The position numbers and the translations under genes are program-made. From Cladosporium halotolerans (lineage: Eukaryota), in contig NW_027191455.1 of assembly GCF_011745625.1 (NCBI RefSeq), positions 930,001 through 994,000 of the forward strand: a stretch of 64,000 nucleotides of DNA, given 5' to 3'. Shown here in pieces: positions 33,205 to 45,465 of this stretch. How positions within the stretch are numbered: the first letter of the stretch is position 1; each line of letters begins with the position of its first letter. Under the pieces are notes generated by a model that worked only from the letters and a program-made list of their open reading frames with translations, was not told the origin of the DNA and searched no databases.

Positions 33205-34371
33205 TTATCCGTCGAAGGGAGCATCATCATCGTCGCTGTCAACAGCGCGACGCGAAGAACGTGATTTCGAAGCACCCGGGCCATCATCGTCCGAGTCGCT
33301 AGAATCCTCAACCTGCAAGTCGTTCGCTTGCGCAGCGGCAGTGCGGCGGACGGCACGAGTCTGCTGGCGCACGCTGTCCATGTCGACCTTCTTCGGCCCG
33401 GCGCTGATCTTGGCCCACCCGGATTTGCCGGTATTGACGTTGATGCGGGACGGCGAAGGCGGACGAACGGGGGCGCTGTAGGCGTTGCGATTGAAACCGC
33501 CGCCGGTGGTGTTGGAGGTCACGCTGCGGGTGTCGGAGGCTGCGGACGCAGTGGCACTCGGGGAGATTGCGGCGGCCGGGCGACGACCTGCTGTGAGGAC
33601 GTTGAAGGGTCCGCGGGAGGAGCTGGCCGTCGACGCGGAAGTGCCTCCGTATATGGTCCCGCCGACGCTCTTGCCGGCGAGAGAGACGCCGCCGGAAGAC
33701 TCGTTGGCAGTCTTGGAAGTTCCAAGACTGACTCCGGCGTCAGACATTGTCATGTTGGACATGGAGACGACAGACTCATCCTGGATTGTGTCAGCTTGTG
33801 ATCGAGGTATCGGGACCATTGGAGATCAAAACTCACGTCGTTGAAGGTATAGGGGTTAGTTACAAAGCTGCCCTCGCTACCATCGCTATCCTGATCGCTC
33901 TCGCTGGAGCTCAGGGTGTCATTTTGCTCATCCTGGGAACACTTCCAGCAGAGCTGATGAGAATTAGTCAGTATAGCTCCTATTCTCAGGCCATATGACA
34001 AACTCACCGCCTCATCCTTCCGATTCTTCAACATGTTCTTCGAGACATAGCGGTCGGTCCTCGGGAATGTGACGTTACAGTGGTAGCACTTGAACTCAAC
34101 AGCCGGGCCACCAACGCACATCGAGCAGCGAATAAAGTGCCCGACCTTGGGATCAAAAGTGCGCCCTTTCTTCCGCGCCTGGACAACGTACTGGCGGAGG
34201 TCGTCGAGGCGAGCCGGGGAGAACGAACTTGGTGGCTTGGGAATCTTGCAGCCAGCACAGGGGATACTAGACAGGGTCAGCATGTTTTTGCGGTCATGAG
34301 GTTCAGCGTGATGCGTACGTGGCGGGAAGAGTGACGTCCTTCGCCTCAGAGAGGCTCTTGCGGATGACCAT
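33205..34371 (-). CDS. Stc1-domain (tandem zinc finger) protein with low-complexity S/G-rich C-terminus
   Basis: Spliced MVIRKSLSEAKDVTLPAT|IPCAGCKIPKPPSSFS...IRCSMCVGGPAVEFKCYHC...YVSKNM...|LCWKC gives four CxxC pairs with the FS/SK motifs recalled for Stc1. Three introns. Confidence 0.8.
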
Positions 34372-35334
34372 TGTGGGAGCTGGTCTTGGTAATGGGGTTG
34401 AGAGTTGTTGTATGGAGCTGGTGCTGCAACGAACAAGGCGCCGATGCAAAGTGGTTAGTCGAGTTGGTGGATGTTGGGGTGGTCGGGGTTGGAGGTGATG
34501 AGGAGTCGACGCGGTTGCCTAAGGAAACGACGGAGTAGAGGAAGGTGCGACCTTGGGTGAGGTTTGCACGTGTCAATGCCGTTTACTGAGGCAACGCCCA
34601 ATGAGCTGGCCTCTTGCAGTTGATCCTTTGAAGTGATGCTTTCTCCTTGTCAATTTCCAATCGCTTCACTTCAGTGATTGAGTAGAGGGTCTTGTCAGTT
34701 CACACGTGACAAGGCCTTGAACGCAATGAGCAGATAAACCATGACGACAAGCTCATCTCTTTCATGTGCAAGGTCAAAGCCACTAGGATTCCCCTGGTAA
34801 TGTTGAACCGCTTCGGCGGCGCCGAATAGCATGAATCTTTCCACGCGAGGTGCGCAGAACTGCGTTGCATTAACCCTTCGTTTGTCGCGAATGATCTCGG
34901 GGACAATTGAGGCGGGCATCAACCGCGAGTTGGGAACTCAGCAGTTCACTACTACAAGCTATCAACAGGAAGGCGGAGCACGGCGAACCAGGCACTGACA
35001 GTCAAAGTGTGGAGTGAAGAGACGTTTCATACATACAGGAGGCCGATGCGAGGCCTCACCAAAGCAAACTCCCAATGCATATATGACTAGAAGAAATTCT
35101 TGATTCGAAGGCTCAAACAGCCGCAATAAAGTACAGGAGATCGACGAAACTCCGTCGAAATGCCATGCCCAGTTGTTACCCTGGGAGACATGCCGCAGGA
35201 AGGTCTTCCCTAGCGCTTTTTTCGCCGTAGAGCGGTCTATGGTGGTATCGTAGTGTTACATGGTGTATGTCGGAAGCGTAGAGGTTTGTAGGTGGCGGGT
35301 TCGAAGGTGATGCTATCATGCGGATATGATTCGC

Positions 35335-35950
35335 TTAAGCGGTCGCCTCCTTGAGGAAGGAGATGAGGTCGTTGCGGTCCTGGAAATTGACGCGTTAGCG
35401 AGGTGGAACGAGCGATTGGTGAGATGCGGTGCAAGCTTACCTTGGCCTTCTTGAGGCCACCGAAGGCCATCTTGGTGCCAGGAATGTACTTCTTGGGGTT
35501 CTCGAGGTACTCGAAGAGAGTGTTCTCGTCCCAGTGGACAGCACGCGACTTGTTGGCGTCGGTGTAGGAGAAGCCCTCAACCTGGCCAGACTGGCGGCCG
35601 AAGACACCGTGGAGCTCAGGGCCGATCTTGTTGCCCTCACCCTCCTTCAGGGTGTGGCACTGAGCGCAGCGGGTCTTGAAGAGGTTGGCACCCTTCTTGG
35701 TGTCACCTGCGATGGATCGTCAGTTTCCGTTCGCGTATAGTATGCGCCAAGTTGGTGTAAGGCCGCGTCCAGCATGCGTGGCAATGTAGCTGGTGATGGA
35801 CGTATGCTGGCTGTGCTGGCCGATGTATCAGGCCATGTCGAGGTCCATCTCCGTCGCATCTTGCCACGCGACTCGAGCGCGAGCCTCTTACCACCTCTGA
35901 AGCCGGATGGGAACAGCATGCTTACCGGGAGAGAAGCTGTCCTTGCCCAT
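35335..35950 (-). CDS. CYC1: Cytochrome c
   Basis: Introns 35707-35925 and 35380-35440 give [27 protein letters not shown]...NKIGPELHG...[37 protein letters not shown], with the CxxCH heme motif. Confidence 0.99.
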
Positions 35951-36148
35951 TGTGAATGATGTGATGTGTTCCTGAGAACTGGTGTGTGAAGGTGTATGTG
36001 GGTAGTGTGAGGAAGTCGATGAGGGTGATGATGGGAGAGTGAGGACGGGACAGTCGAGGAGAGGCTACAAAAATGTCGTAGAGTTGCCAGGCCCGGCGAG
36101 ATTGACGAGTCCGTGCACGATCTCCTTTACCACCGAGCTTCCGCAGAG

Positions 36149-36153
36149 CCAAT
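36149..36153. promoter_or_regulatory. CCAAT box (Hap/CBC candidate) upstream of cytochrome c
   Basis: AGCCAATC about 200 bp upstream of the CYC1 ATG; cytochrome c genes are classical CCAAT-binding-complex targets. Confidence 0.45.
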
Positions 36154-39100
36154 CGCGGGCGAGACTTTTTTCCTCGCTGACACCCGTCTTTGTCCGACGC
36201 TCCCGCCACAGCCCGCAGCCCCAACGGTCTTTGACGGATACGAGCCTTTGGGGAGCGCGCTTTGGTTCATGAGATGGCATTATTCTGTACATCGTCTGTT
36301 CGTGCACGGTTGTGACCGGCTTCCCACGGTGCCGTGCGGTCAAGAGAGGCATATTGACAGTCGTCATACAAACATTTATCTGATGAAATTCGTGAGCATG
36401 CAAAATTGCAGATCGGCGGTAACGTTACGTCGTGGTCATCGTGGCGTCCAGCAAGTGTGGCTCAAGCATCTCTGAAGCCAATCTGAGCCGGTGCTCTTGC
36501 TTCTCCCTGACGTCTTTGATGTGATTCTATGGTAATTCTAGAGCCCGGTTCCTTCGCCAGGCTAGGACTGCTAGATCATTCGGGATATAGGCGGTTGCCA
36601 CCGGATCCAGGCCTCCAGCATCCGAGTACTGGCGTCATGCTTGGTGTATGCAAGAGCAAGGAAGCAGGAAAGCAAGTACATGTAGTCTGGACAGTGGAGG
36701 CGCCACGTGATGGCTCGATGGGTGCGTCCCAGGTGACCAGAACTTCAGGCGTTACCAACATACCTGCCGTCCAGAGATGCGGTAATGGGCACCTGTTCAT
36801 CGGCCAAACCAACGTCCATATGGTCGTCTAATCGCAGGTGAGCAAATTAGAGACGTACGGGCTCCATTGGATGCGACCGTTCTGCGCGTAAAGTGCTTTG
36901 TGCATGAAATAGAATGCTGTGGTCAATAATAAGACAAGCCTCGCGGATATAAAACGACGCGTTGCCAGCGCTGAATACTGTGCAACAGTCGGCGTTCGAG
37001 CCGCTTGCAGAATTAATGTACATGTACTTGTTACAATAGTAGAAGTCGCATTATTGATTGAAGAAGCAAAGTCGCATCATCGAAGGTTGTTACGGTTCAC
37101 AGCATTTGAATCCTGCCCAGACATTCAGGCAGCCGGAGTCGACTAAATCCTTGAAGTTGGGTCTACTTCTCCGCCGAGGCAGTGATTTTGGTATTCATTC
37201 AAGCTCGGGACGATTGGAATCACCTTGGCCTCTAGGGAAGTAGCAAAATTCATCCTGACGGAGATGCTCGTAAATCATTCACACTGCTGTATGCAAAAGT
37301 CGATCAACGTGTTGGGAGGACGATGTGGTATCACTGATGAGGCACGTATCCTGCCTATTCCGGAAGGCTCATTGCTCACATCTAGGGTACTATTGTACTG
37401 ATGTAGCTGTTCGGAGTGAACCAGGAAAGATACATCTGGGCGACTTGCTCTTACGAAGTCAGGAGTCATATTGCGACTCACATTCCTGCAGAAATTCAGT
37501 ATGTGGACGCCTGCAGCCGTCAAGTTCTGGACCGCTGCTTAGAGGATGTCGAAATCATCATTGGAGGAGCATTTGGTCACAGATCGACAACTGAAGGCTG
37601 CCTTCAAGCATGAGATGGCAGGTCCTTCGCGTGCTTTCAACGACATGATCGAGGTGCTCACGTCGACGGGTTGACTGCTGTAGCTGGCGCAGCTTGGTTA
37701 ATATTCACTCCGAATTCTACCCATTCGAAAGGCTTGTGCTTCATGCTGCGTCAAGCAATTTTAGGGGTTCCTCGTTGCGATGCTCCATTCTGCACCTGTC
37801 TGTTTGAAGGTGGTCGCCACCTCGTGTTCATCTGAGTCGAACTTGTTTGCCACTCGAAGATGACTGCATTGGATCACATAAGAGCACGAGGCAGCAATAC
37901 TTCGAGCGACGGCGGTGGCGTGACTGTTTACTGTGCGGCCCAAAACACGGCGCCCGGGTGGCTGTCGGGTAGAAGTGACACGGCGCCGGGGCTGAGATCT
38001 CGCGAGGCAGTGCTGCCTTGAAGTCCCGGCGTTTCGTTCGAAGATAGAGGGCAAAGCAGCGACTGCAAGACTCGGGAGCGAGTCCGGGATGTGATTGTCC
38101 CTTGCAAAATGCTGTTCGCCATCGAACGCACACAATACTCCTACAGGTGGAAATGCTCTTGGCGCTATTGCTGAAAGCTACTGTAAGGCGCCTTTGTACT
38201 TGCCCGAGGCTGCCGCAAGCCAAATGGTCCCACAAGGCGCGCGTACATATAAAGTAGCTGCGGAATGCCCTGGTGGGTAAGTCTCGATCGTTCGATGCCG
38301 TCCGGACCCAGCATGCAGAAACGCTCAGCGTTTCGGGCCGGGAAGTCTCGTCGTGCAGACAGCTCTTGTCGGCAGCATGCTCCCGAGTGTCACTGAACCG
38401 CAGCACTCGCGTGTCGTGGCCGATAGCCCACGGTTGGGACGAGGTACGGGCGGCAGCGTGCATCGAGGCGCTTGTCCGCCGCGGCGTAGGTGACGCTACT
38501 GTAGCCCGGGCGAGGGTGGCGTAATAGCCGGCCTGCAGCTCGCAGGGCTATGTGAAGATGCACAGCAGAGGACAGAGGATCGTCGCGGTGGTGGAGGGGT
38601 CGACGCAGCCGTGAGTGGTGTGCCTGGCGGGCTCGCGCGAGCACCCCGTCTTATGCTTCAGGACTGCGGGAGGAGACTAGCGGTGAGGCGGGCGCAGTCT
38701 GATGCTGGCGGTGCGCCGTGTGCTGCGCATGTCCGCGCGTGTGCGGTGCTTAGGTAGTGCTCATACTGTAGAGGCTGCGGCAGTGAGGCAGGCGACGGGC
38801 GTGCCGGCGCCTGGCGAGCAAGGGCGGGCAGTGACAGCGGCCAATCGAGCGGCCGCGCGTGATGCCACCCGCCAGGGCGCCGCCGCGCCGGCACGACACC
38901 TCACGCTCGTCTCTGCGTAGGGTTGGCAGGTTGCAGAGCAGCCGCCAGAGCAGCGCGCAGCACTTGCTCGCCGTCTCCACCCGCCGCGGTTTGGTTGACT
39001 GTGCTGCAGCGCCGTCGGTACCTCGCCGTGCCCAAGCCTGGAGCGTGCCGGACGCTCGTCGATCCAAACGCCCCTCACCTGCGCCAGCAGCGCCCCGCCG

Positions 39101-39218
39101 CCAGCCGCCCCTCAAAACGTCCTGCCCGCCCAGGAACCCCGGCATCCTTCTGAGGCACGCCTACGACCGTTGTTCTTTTTGATGCTCCGACCGTTGCGCG
39201 AGGACATGCCGCGCGGCG

Positions 39219-42215
39219 ATGGCGTCCTATAACGACTACTACGACTCCTACGACTCACGACCCCGCGCCCGCTCACGCTCACGGCCACAACCTCGCCCAG
39301 CGGATTCAGCCCGCAGTCGAGTGAAGGACGAGGCGTACCTCAGCCCTACCGTCCCGTATGCGATACCAACCCTTCCACAGATCGTTGGATCCGACGAATT
39401 CACTGACACCGGAATCAGTCGACGATCGGACAGGTACTCCTACGACGATCGCTATTCCTACCCATCGCACCACTCCCAAGACCCTGCCCGGTCCAAGAGC
39501 AAAGCCCGCTCGGTCCAGAAGCGACGATCATGGCCGCCCGCACCGATCGTCGAAAGTGAAGCCACATCGCTTGCGAAGGAGGCAAAGACGAAACAAACAA
39601 CGGGAGGCAGCAATGAGGACGAAGCACCATCTAAAGGTGTAATTGACCAGGAGCCTATTATTCAAGATGTGCCGGAGTACATCGAAGCTCAGAAGCGTCA
39701 GTCTATTCTGCAGTCTGATTCCGAGAGAGGCACCTCCGCTGCCAAAGGGATACCAACACCGCCTACCAGCGAGGATGAGAGGGCTTCAAGGGGTAGATCA
39801 AAGCGGCCGGGTAAGCTTGGTATCGACACCGACGATTTTGCTCCCGAACTGCGCAAGAGGGCGCCATCCATGTATGCTTACTCGAGATCGACACCGGTCA
39901 AAGAGGACGTTGGTCGCAGCGGCAGCGGGCAATTCCTCTCACCAGACACGTTGACTCCGCCTTCCGCGGAGTCGAAGGCCCAGAGACCAAGCAGATTCGC
40001 TAGCTCTCAGCCGTCGTCGCCCAGAAGAGACTCTGTCCGTCTGTCACCACGTTCGAGAAAGGGCAAAGATTACTTCCAATCAAGCACTTCGGACGAGGAC
40101 GCTATCACTGATGAATTAAGTGATACGCCTTCAAGCATGGGCAAGTCGTCACGCAGACGCGATCGAAGGCCTTCTGAAAGCCCGACAACTTCTGTGGTCG
40201 ACTTTGCTTCAACTGCTCCAAACGCACCGCCCATAAGGAGATCTAGGCTGGATTCTCGTCGTCAAACAGACACTGCCACATCGCTGCCTAGACCTCGAAT
40301 ATCCGACAAGTCTGTCCGCCCTTCCCCTTTGATGGTATCGTCTGCCCTGAGCGACCTGGATCAGCCTGCTTCACTTTCGAACGTCGCTTCCCGTAACACG
40401 AAATTGTCGCCATTTGATTCCTTTAATCCCAGTTCTCGGGGTTCGCGCAATGCTTCGCCAGCATCCGTCAATTCTAGGGCGTCAGGTACTTCCCCATCGC
40501 ATCAGTCTCCGAGAGAACCCGACCCTGTACGTGATACAGGCAGCGGCCTTTCTTCTGGTACCACTTCCGCTGCCGGATCCCGGCCTGCTACGCCAACATC
40601 GGCTAGTGGCTTCGGGCCTGCCTCTGGCCAAGTCAGAATGCCTCAAATGCCACAGATGCCACAGAACGAGCTGGACTGGAGCTCCTTGATTGCCGCCACC
40701 TCAGGCCGCCCTAGGACAGCTACAAGTGGCAAGCCTCCCTCGCGCCTGTCTTCGTCAATGCGCATGGACTCCGCGCCGGAGGTGCCGCGGTACACACCAA
40801 CAAACTCGCGTCCATCTGGTGGTTTGCCGTACCCTGATTACGATGAACCTGGAACACCAAGTACCAATGCTCCAATGAACCGGAATCAACAGTCGTTCGG
40901 GCCAAGGCCTACCGGCTTGGAAATACCTATGCCACAAGATTCCATGACGATCTCACGAGCAGGGTCACCTGCTATTAACAGCTTTAATTCTCCGAGCCAC
41001 GGCACTGCTAGGCCAGGTTTGCCTACGAGGCACTCCATCACGAACACCTCGCCTGTGGAAGCGCGCTCTCCTTCTTTCTCGAAGCCTGTAAAACCTGACC
41101 CGCCTCGCAAAATTTCTTTGACCGGTGTTCCTCCTACAAAACAAGAGGCCGAAGAGATGCTCGCAAGAGGCATGCCTGGATGCCCTCGGCCTGATCCTAT
41201 AGCAGGCTATGACGATTGGTACACTCTAGTTGGATGCCCCAATCTTGACTTTTGCCCTTACTGCGTTGACGATGTTTTTGAGCGAACAATGTACCGAAAC
41301 TGCTTCAGACGCGCTGTTCCTCGCTCGCTCAACACGAAAGTTCAGTGTAGCTTCTCTACTCCCTGGATACGTCTTGCTTGGATACTTACCCTGCAGCAAC
41401 GCAAACCGGACCTCGTGCTCATGCGCGACCTTGCCGACATCGAACAGACCAGTGAACCGTGCCCCGGTGGCCTGGAAGCCCTTCGCTCTTGGTACGGCCT
41501 GAGGGATCCCGACGGCCTCTTCGTCCGCGATTTCCACATATGCTACAACGACGTGCGAAAGATCGAGCGGCTCCTCCCTACCCTCAATGGCCTATTCGTC
41601 CGCTTACCGAACCGCGCCTCCTACGAAAAACGCCGCTGCGCGCTCCGTACCGAAGGCAACCGCTTCTCGCTCTACCTGGACAAAATCCTCGACATGCACG
41701 ACCGCGCCGTCAACGCGCGCAAGCTGCCCGACCCCATGTCGTTCATCAACCTGGTCGAGCGCAAGCTCCGCATCCGCGAGTGCGAGCGCGACAACATGCT
41801 GCTCGGCGGCCTGTGGCACTTCAACCCGTCGATGCCGGACTTCACCGTCTGCGAGGACTGCTACGAGGAGATCGTCGAGCCCGAGGCCAAGAAGAACTCC
41901 GACGTCGCCCTGCGCTTCAACCGCACCGTGCAGCCCGTCTACGGCGAGGGCATCGGCACCTCGTGCCAGCTGTACTCGCGCCGCATGCGCAAGATCTTCC
42001 GCACGGCGGTCAAGGAGAACGACGGCAAGTACCTCGCGCGCAAGGCGAAGGAGCGGCGCGACGCGGAGCTGAGGCTGCAGGAGCGGTATCGCGAGGTGCT
42101 GAAGAGGGCTAGGAGGTTGGAGGAGAGGCCCGGCGGGGCTACGGAGGAGGACGAGAGGAGGCTGGAAAGAGACTTGGAGAAGATTTCGAGCGAGTGGAAG
42201 GACATGTGGGAGTGA
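39219..42215 (+). CDS. Hypothetical protein: long disordered S/R/P-rich N-terminus, three Cys-rich repeats and a C-terminal coiled coil
   Basis: 998-aa uninterrupted ORF; strong GC3 bias in the C-terminal part; repeated W..(D)F..CxxC units. Confidence 0.9.
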   Translation: MASYNDYYDSYDSRPRARSRSRPQPRPADSARSRVKDEAYLSPTVPYAIPTLPQIVGSDEFTDTGISRRSDRYSYDDRYSYPSHHSQDPARSKSKARSVQKRRSWPPAPIVESEATSLAKEAKTKQTTGGSNEDEAPSKGVIDQEPIIQDVPEYIEAQKRQSILQSDSERGTSAAKGIPTPPTSEDERASRGRSKRPGKLGIDTDDFAPELRKRAPSMYAYSRSTPVKEDVGRSGSGQFLSPDTLTPPSAESKAQRPSRFASSQPSSPRRDSVRLSPRSRKGKDYFQSSTSDEDAITDELSDTPSSMGKSSRRRDRRPSESPTTSVVDFASTAPNAPPIRRSRLDSRRQTDTATSLPRPRISDKSVRPSPLMVSSALSDLDQPASLSNVASRNTKLSPFDSFNPSSRGSRNASPASVNSRASGTSPSHQSPREPDPVRDTGSGLSSGTTSAAGSRPATPTSASGFGPASGQVRMPQMPQMPQNELDWSSLIAATSGRPRTATSGKPPSRLSSSMRMDSAPEVPRYTPTNSRPSGGLPYPDYDEPGTPSTNAPMNRNQQSFGPRPTGLEIPMPQDSMTISRAGSPAINSFNSPSHGTARPGLPTRHSITNTSPVEARSPSFSKPVKPDPPRKISLTGVPPTKQEAEEMLARGMPGCPRPDPIAGYDDWYTLVGCPNLDFCPYCVDDVFERTMYRNCFRRAVPRSLNTKVQCSFSTPWIRLAWILTLQQRKPDLVLMRDLADIEQTSEPCPGGLEALRSWYGLRDPDGLFVRDFHICYNDVRKIERLLPTLNGLFVRLPNRASYEKRRCALRTEGNRFSLYLDKILDMHDRAVNARKLPDPMSFINLVERKLRIRECERDNMLLGGLWHFNPSMPDFTVCEDCYEEIVEPEAKKNSDVALRFNRTVQPVYGEGIGTSCQLYSRRMRKIFRTAVKENDGKYLARKAKERRDAELRLQERYREVLKRARRLEERPGGATEEDERRLERDLEKISSEWKDMWE

Positions 42216-43090
42216 TTGAGGAGATTGCTATAGATGTGTGGCGCATACTGTGGTGGCATATCTAGACACGAGAGTCAGGATGATCCTGATGATGATGATA
42301 CGATACTCGTCGGCCTTGGATACAGCGGGCCAGGCCGGGGAGGAAAAGATAAAAGGTTTCATGACATGAATGAAGTTTGTTCTCGTGATACTCATTCGGA
42401 TTCTTGCGGTTCCACCACTGCTTCTCACACCCTCTCAATTGAAGACATGTTGAGCTCTCGAGTAGAAACATGTAAACATGCCCTGCGCGAGTTGTCACAT
42501 GTGGCTTTGGTGCATATGGATGCCGTGAAAAATGAAATCGCGATTGTCGCGTTCCCACTTCCAATCACAATCTGACGTCGAGTCTGCTGGCTCAAATTTC
42601 TCCAACAACTGCTTGCGAAAAATCTAGATGTAGGCAAGCTATGGTTTTTCCCAGCCCTCAATGCCCGACGGGCTCAGGAACGATTAGGAATATAGCGCCC
42701 GGGCAACACGCCGAGCTCACGAAGAGCTCAAGACGTGCACCGCATTTGGTCTGAGACCTGTCGACCAGAACGTCCTCACTAGGAAGCAGAGCTCCATACT
42801 CGTCGAACTGTCGCGGCAGTCGACCGACAGCACCCGAAGGCGCGCCAGGACCGCCGGACACAGATCTGCTGTTGTAATAGTAAGAGCAGGAGCAAGTCGT
42901 CGCGACACCGCGCAAACTTTTGAGGGCCAGCCGGCCGGCGCCAAGATTTGCGGCCCGCCAAGGCGCTAACGTTGGCGCACACACGCCTAGCGCCGAAGGC
43001 CAAACTTCGCAGAAGGCACTTCTCGGACTGAAGAAGCACGACTTCACGACTTCACGACATCCGCCAACTCTCTACTAACCCGCAGCAGAG

Positions 43091-44489
43091 ATGTCGCACA
43101 GGAAGTTCGAGGCGCCCCGCCACGGTTCGCTCGCTTTCCTTCCCAGGAAGCGTTGCACCCGTCACCGCGGAAAGGTGAAGAGGTACGACTTTGCGCAGGA
43201 CCCCCCAATGGAGACGACGATGGAGGATGGCGAGAAAATTTGGCGGCGGCGAAGATACATGCAACAGGCGCTAACCACCGCTCATACAGCTTCCCCAAGG
43301 ATGACCCCAAGAAGCCCGTTCACCTTACCGCCATGATGGGCTACAAGGCCGGCATGACCACCATCGTCCGCGACCTTGACCGCCCCGGCGCGAAGCTGCA
43401 CAAGAAGGAGATCGTCGAGGCCGCCACGGTCATCGAAACTCCTCCGGTACGAGACTTGGCGCCAATACCATATATGGCATGCGCTGATCCGTACATTTTC
43501 ACAGATGGTTGCAGTTGGTCTGGTTGGCTACATCGAGACCCCCCGCGGTCTGCGCTCGTTGACCACTGTGTGGGCTGAGCACTTGTCCGACGAGGTCAAG
43601 CGCCGCTTCTACAAGAACTGGTACAAGAGCAAGAAGAAGGCCTTCACCAAGTACGCCAAGAAGCACTCCGAGGAGGGTGGCAAGAACATCACCCGCGAGC
43701 TCGAGCGCATGAAGAAGTACTGCACTGTCGTCCGCGTCCTCGCCCACACCCAGATGACCAAGACCCCGATCCGCCAGAAGAAGTCCCACCTCATGGAGAT
43801 CCAGGTCAACGGTGGCTCCGTTGCCGACAAGGTCGAGTTCGGCCAGGGTCTTTTCGAGAAGCCCATCGAGATCTCCAGCATCTTCGAGCAGAACGAGATG
43901 ATCGACTGCATCGCCATCACCAAGGGTCACGGTTTCTCTGGTGTCACCAGCCGTTGGGGCACCAAGAAGCTGCCTCGCAAGACTCACAAGGGTCTCCGCA
44001 AGGTCGCCTGTATCGGTGCCTGGCACCCTAACCACGTCCAGTGGACCGTTGCCCGTGCCGGTCAGGACGGTTACCACCACCGTACCTCCGTCAACCACAA
44101 GATCTACCGCATCGGCAAGGGTGACGACGAGGGCTCCGCCTCCACTGACTTCGACGTCAGCAAGAAGCGCATCACACCGTACGTTCTCACTCGTTCCGTG
44201 ATAAATGAAATTTCAATACTAACATTCTTTCAGTATGGGTGGCTTCGTCCGCTACGGTGAGGTCAAGAACGACTTCGTTCTCCTCAAGGGCTCCGTCCCT
44301 GGTGTCAAGAAGCGTGTCATGACCCTCCGCAAGTCCATGTTCGTTCACACCTCCCGCCGCGCGCTGGAGAAGGTCGAGCTCAAGTGGATCGACACCTCGT
44401 CCAAGTTCGGTCACGGTGCCTACCAGACCCCGACCGAGAAGAAGCAGATCGAGGGTACCCTCAAGAAGGACCTCGAGGTCGCCGCTTAA
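43091..44489 (+). CDS. RPL3: 60S ribosomal protein L3 (uL3)
   Basis: [21 protein letters not shown] start; introns 43183-43289, 43447-43504 and 44179-44233; [21 protein letters not shown] and [10 protein letters not shown]. Confidence 0.99.
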
Positions 44490-45465
44490 GCGACGTCTCC
44501 CTCTTCTTCACGGCGGCTTGGACGAGTTTGTTCGCGGCGTTTTCATGTTCGGGGGAAGCAAAGCCTGTTTATTCTGCGCGGCAGGTAGAACCCAAAAAGA
44601 ATTCAATGTTACCCTTGAATATGTATGAGATACCCTTTGCTCACGTTACTTGTTCTCTCCCCCGTGAGCTCTGTTTGTTGCCGTGTCTCGTTCTGTCAAA
44701 TGTTCATCATGTTTCGACCACTTGGTACCGTAGATCTTCCTGCGAGTGATTGCCCTATGCGATTCAGAGAACATAAGGGCTGATGCAGCAGCGACGACGG
44801 ACAGTCCATTTCGACCTGCTGGTCGCATAGGTCGCCGGTGGTCATCCCAGAGATGGGATTTGCGCAGATAGATGTCTCAGAGAGCATTTGAAGCTGCCTT
44901 GCTTCGAACTGAACGTCGCCTCAGAGGTACACTCGGGGTCTCGATGGTTTCAAGGATGAGCATGTAAGCTTTCGGTATGCACGCCCGAGAGTGAGTTGGG
45001 TAGTTTGGAGATCGACTGGAGATCTGGCTATTGCGGTGTCGTTTGGGGCAATCTTGGAATAGTGACTCTCACATCAATCTGCTTGGAGGCATCCGCTACC
45101 GGCAAGTCGTGCGCATGTTGCAAGCTTGTTAACGAAAACTATGACAGAGAGCATATTTCGCGTTAGAAGGGCTGATATATGGTTTTGGCTCGCGAACAAA
45201 TGCTGGAATACCCTTAGCAATATTCTAAATCAGTATGTCTACCTGGCACCAGCCAAAAGCCATGAAAATGCTGTTTAAATGCTGCATCGGCTCGATAACA
45301 ATAAATGTGATTTGGGTAATATGGGTGCCTCAGGCTCTCAGCCGCCGCCCGCGGTTCGCCGCCGCCGCCTTCTACAATCCCGCGCATCGCAACCCTCATA
45401 ACCCCAAGCTGCGGTCGACTCCCACACCCGCGCACACCAACACCACCCGCCACATCTCGCCCATC

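Noticed and set aside
36500..37620. Short ORFs in the long gap after cytochrome c, one faintly BTB-like on the minus strand
   Set aside because: Too short and interrupted to support; would need tBLASTn/HMM evidence.
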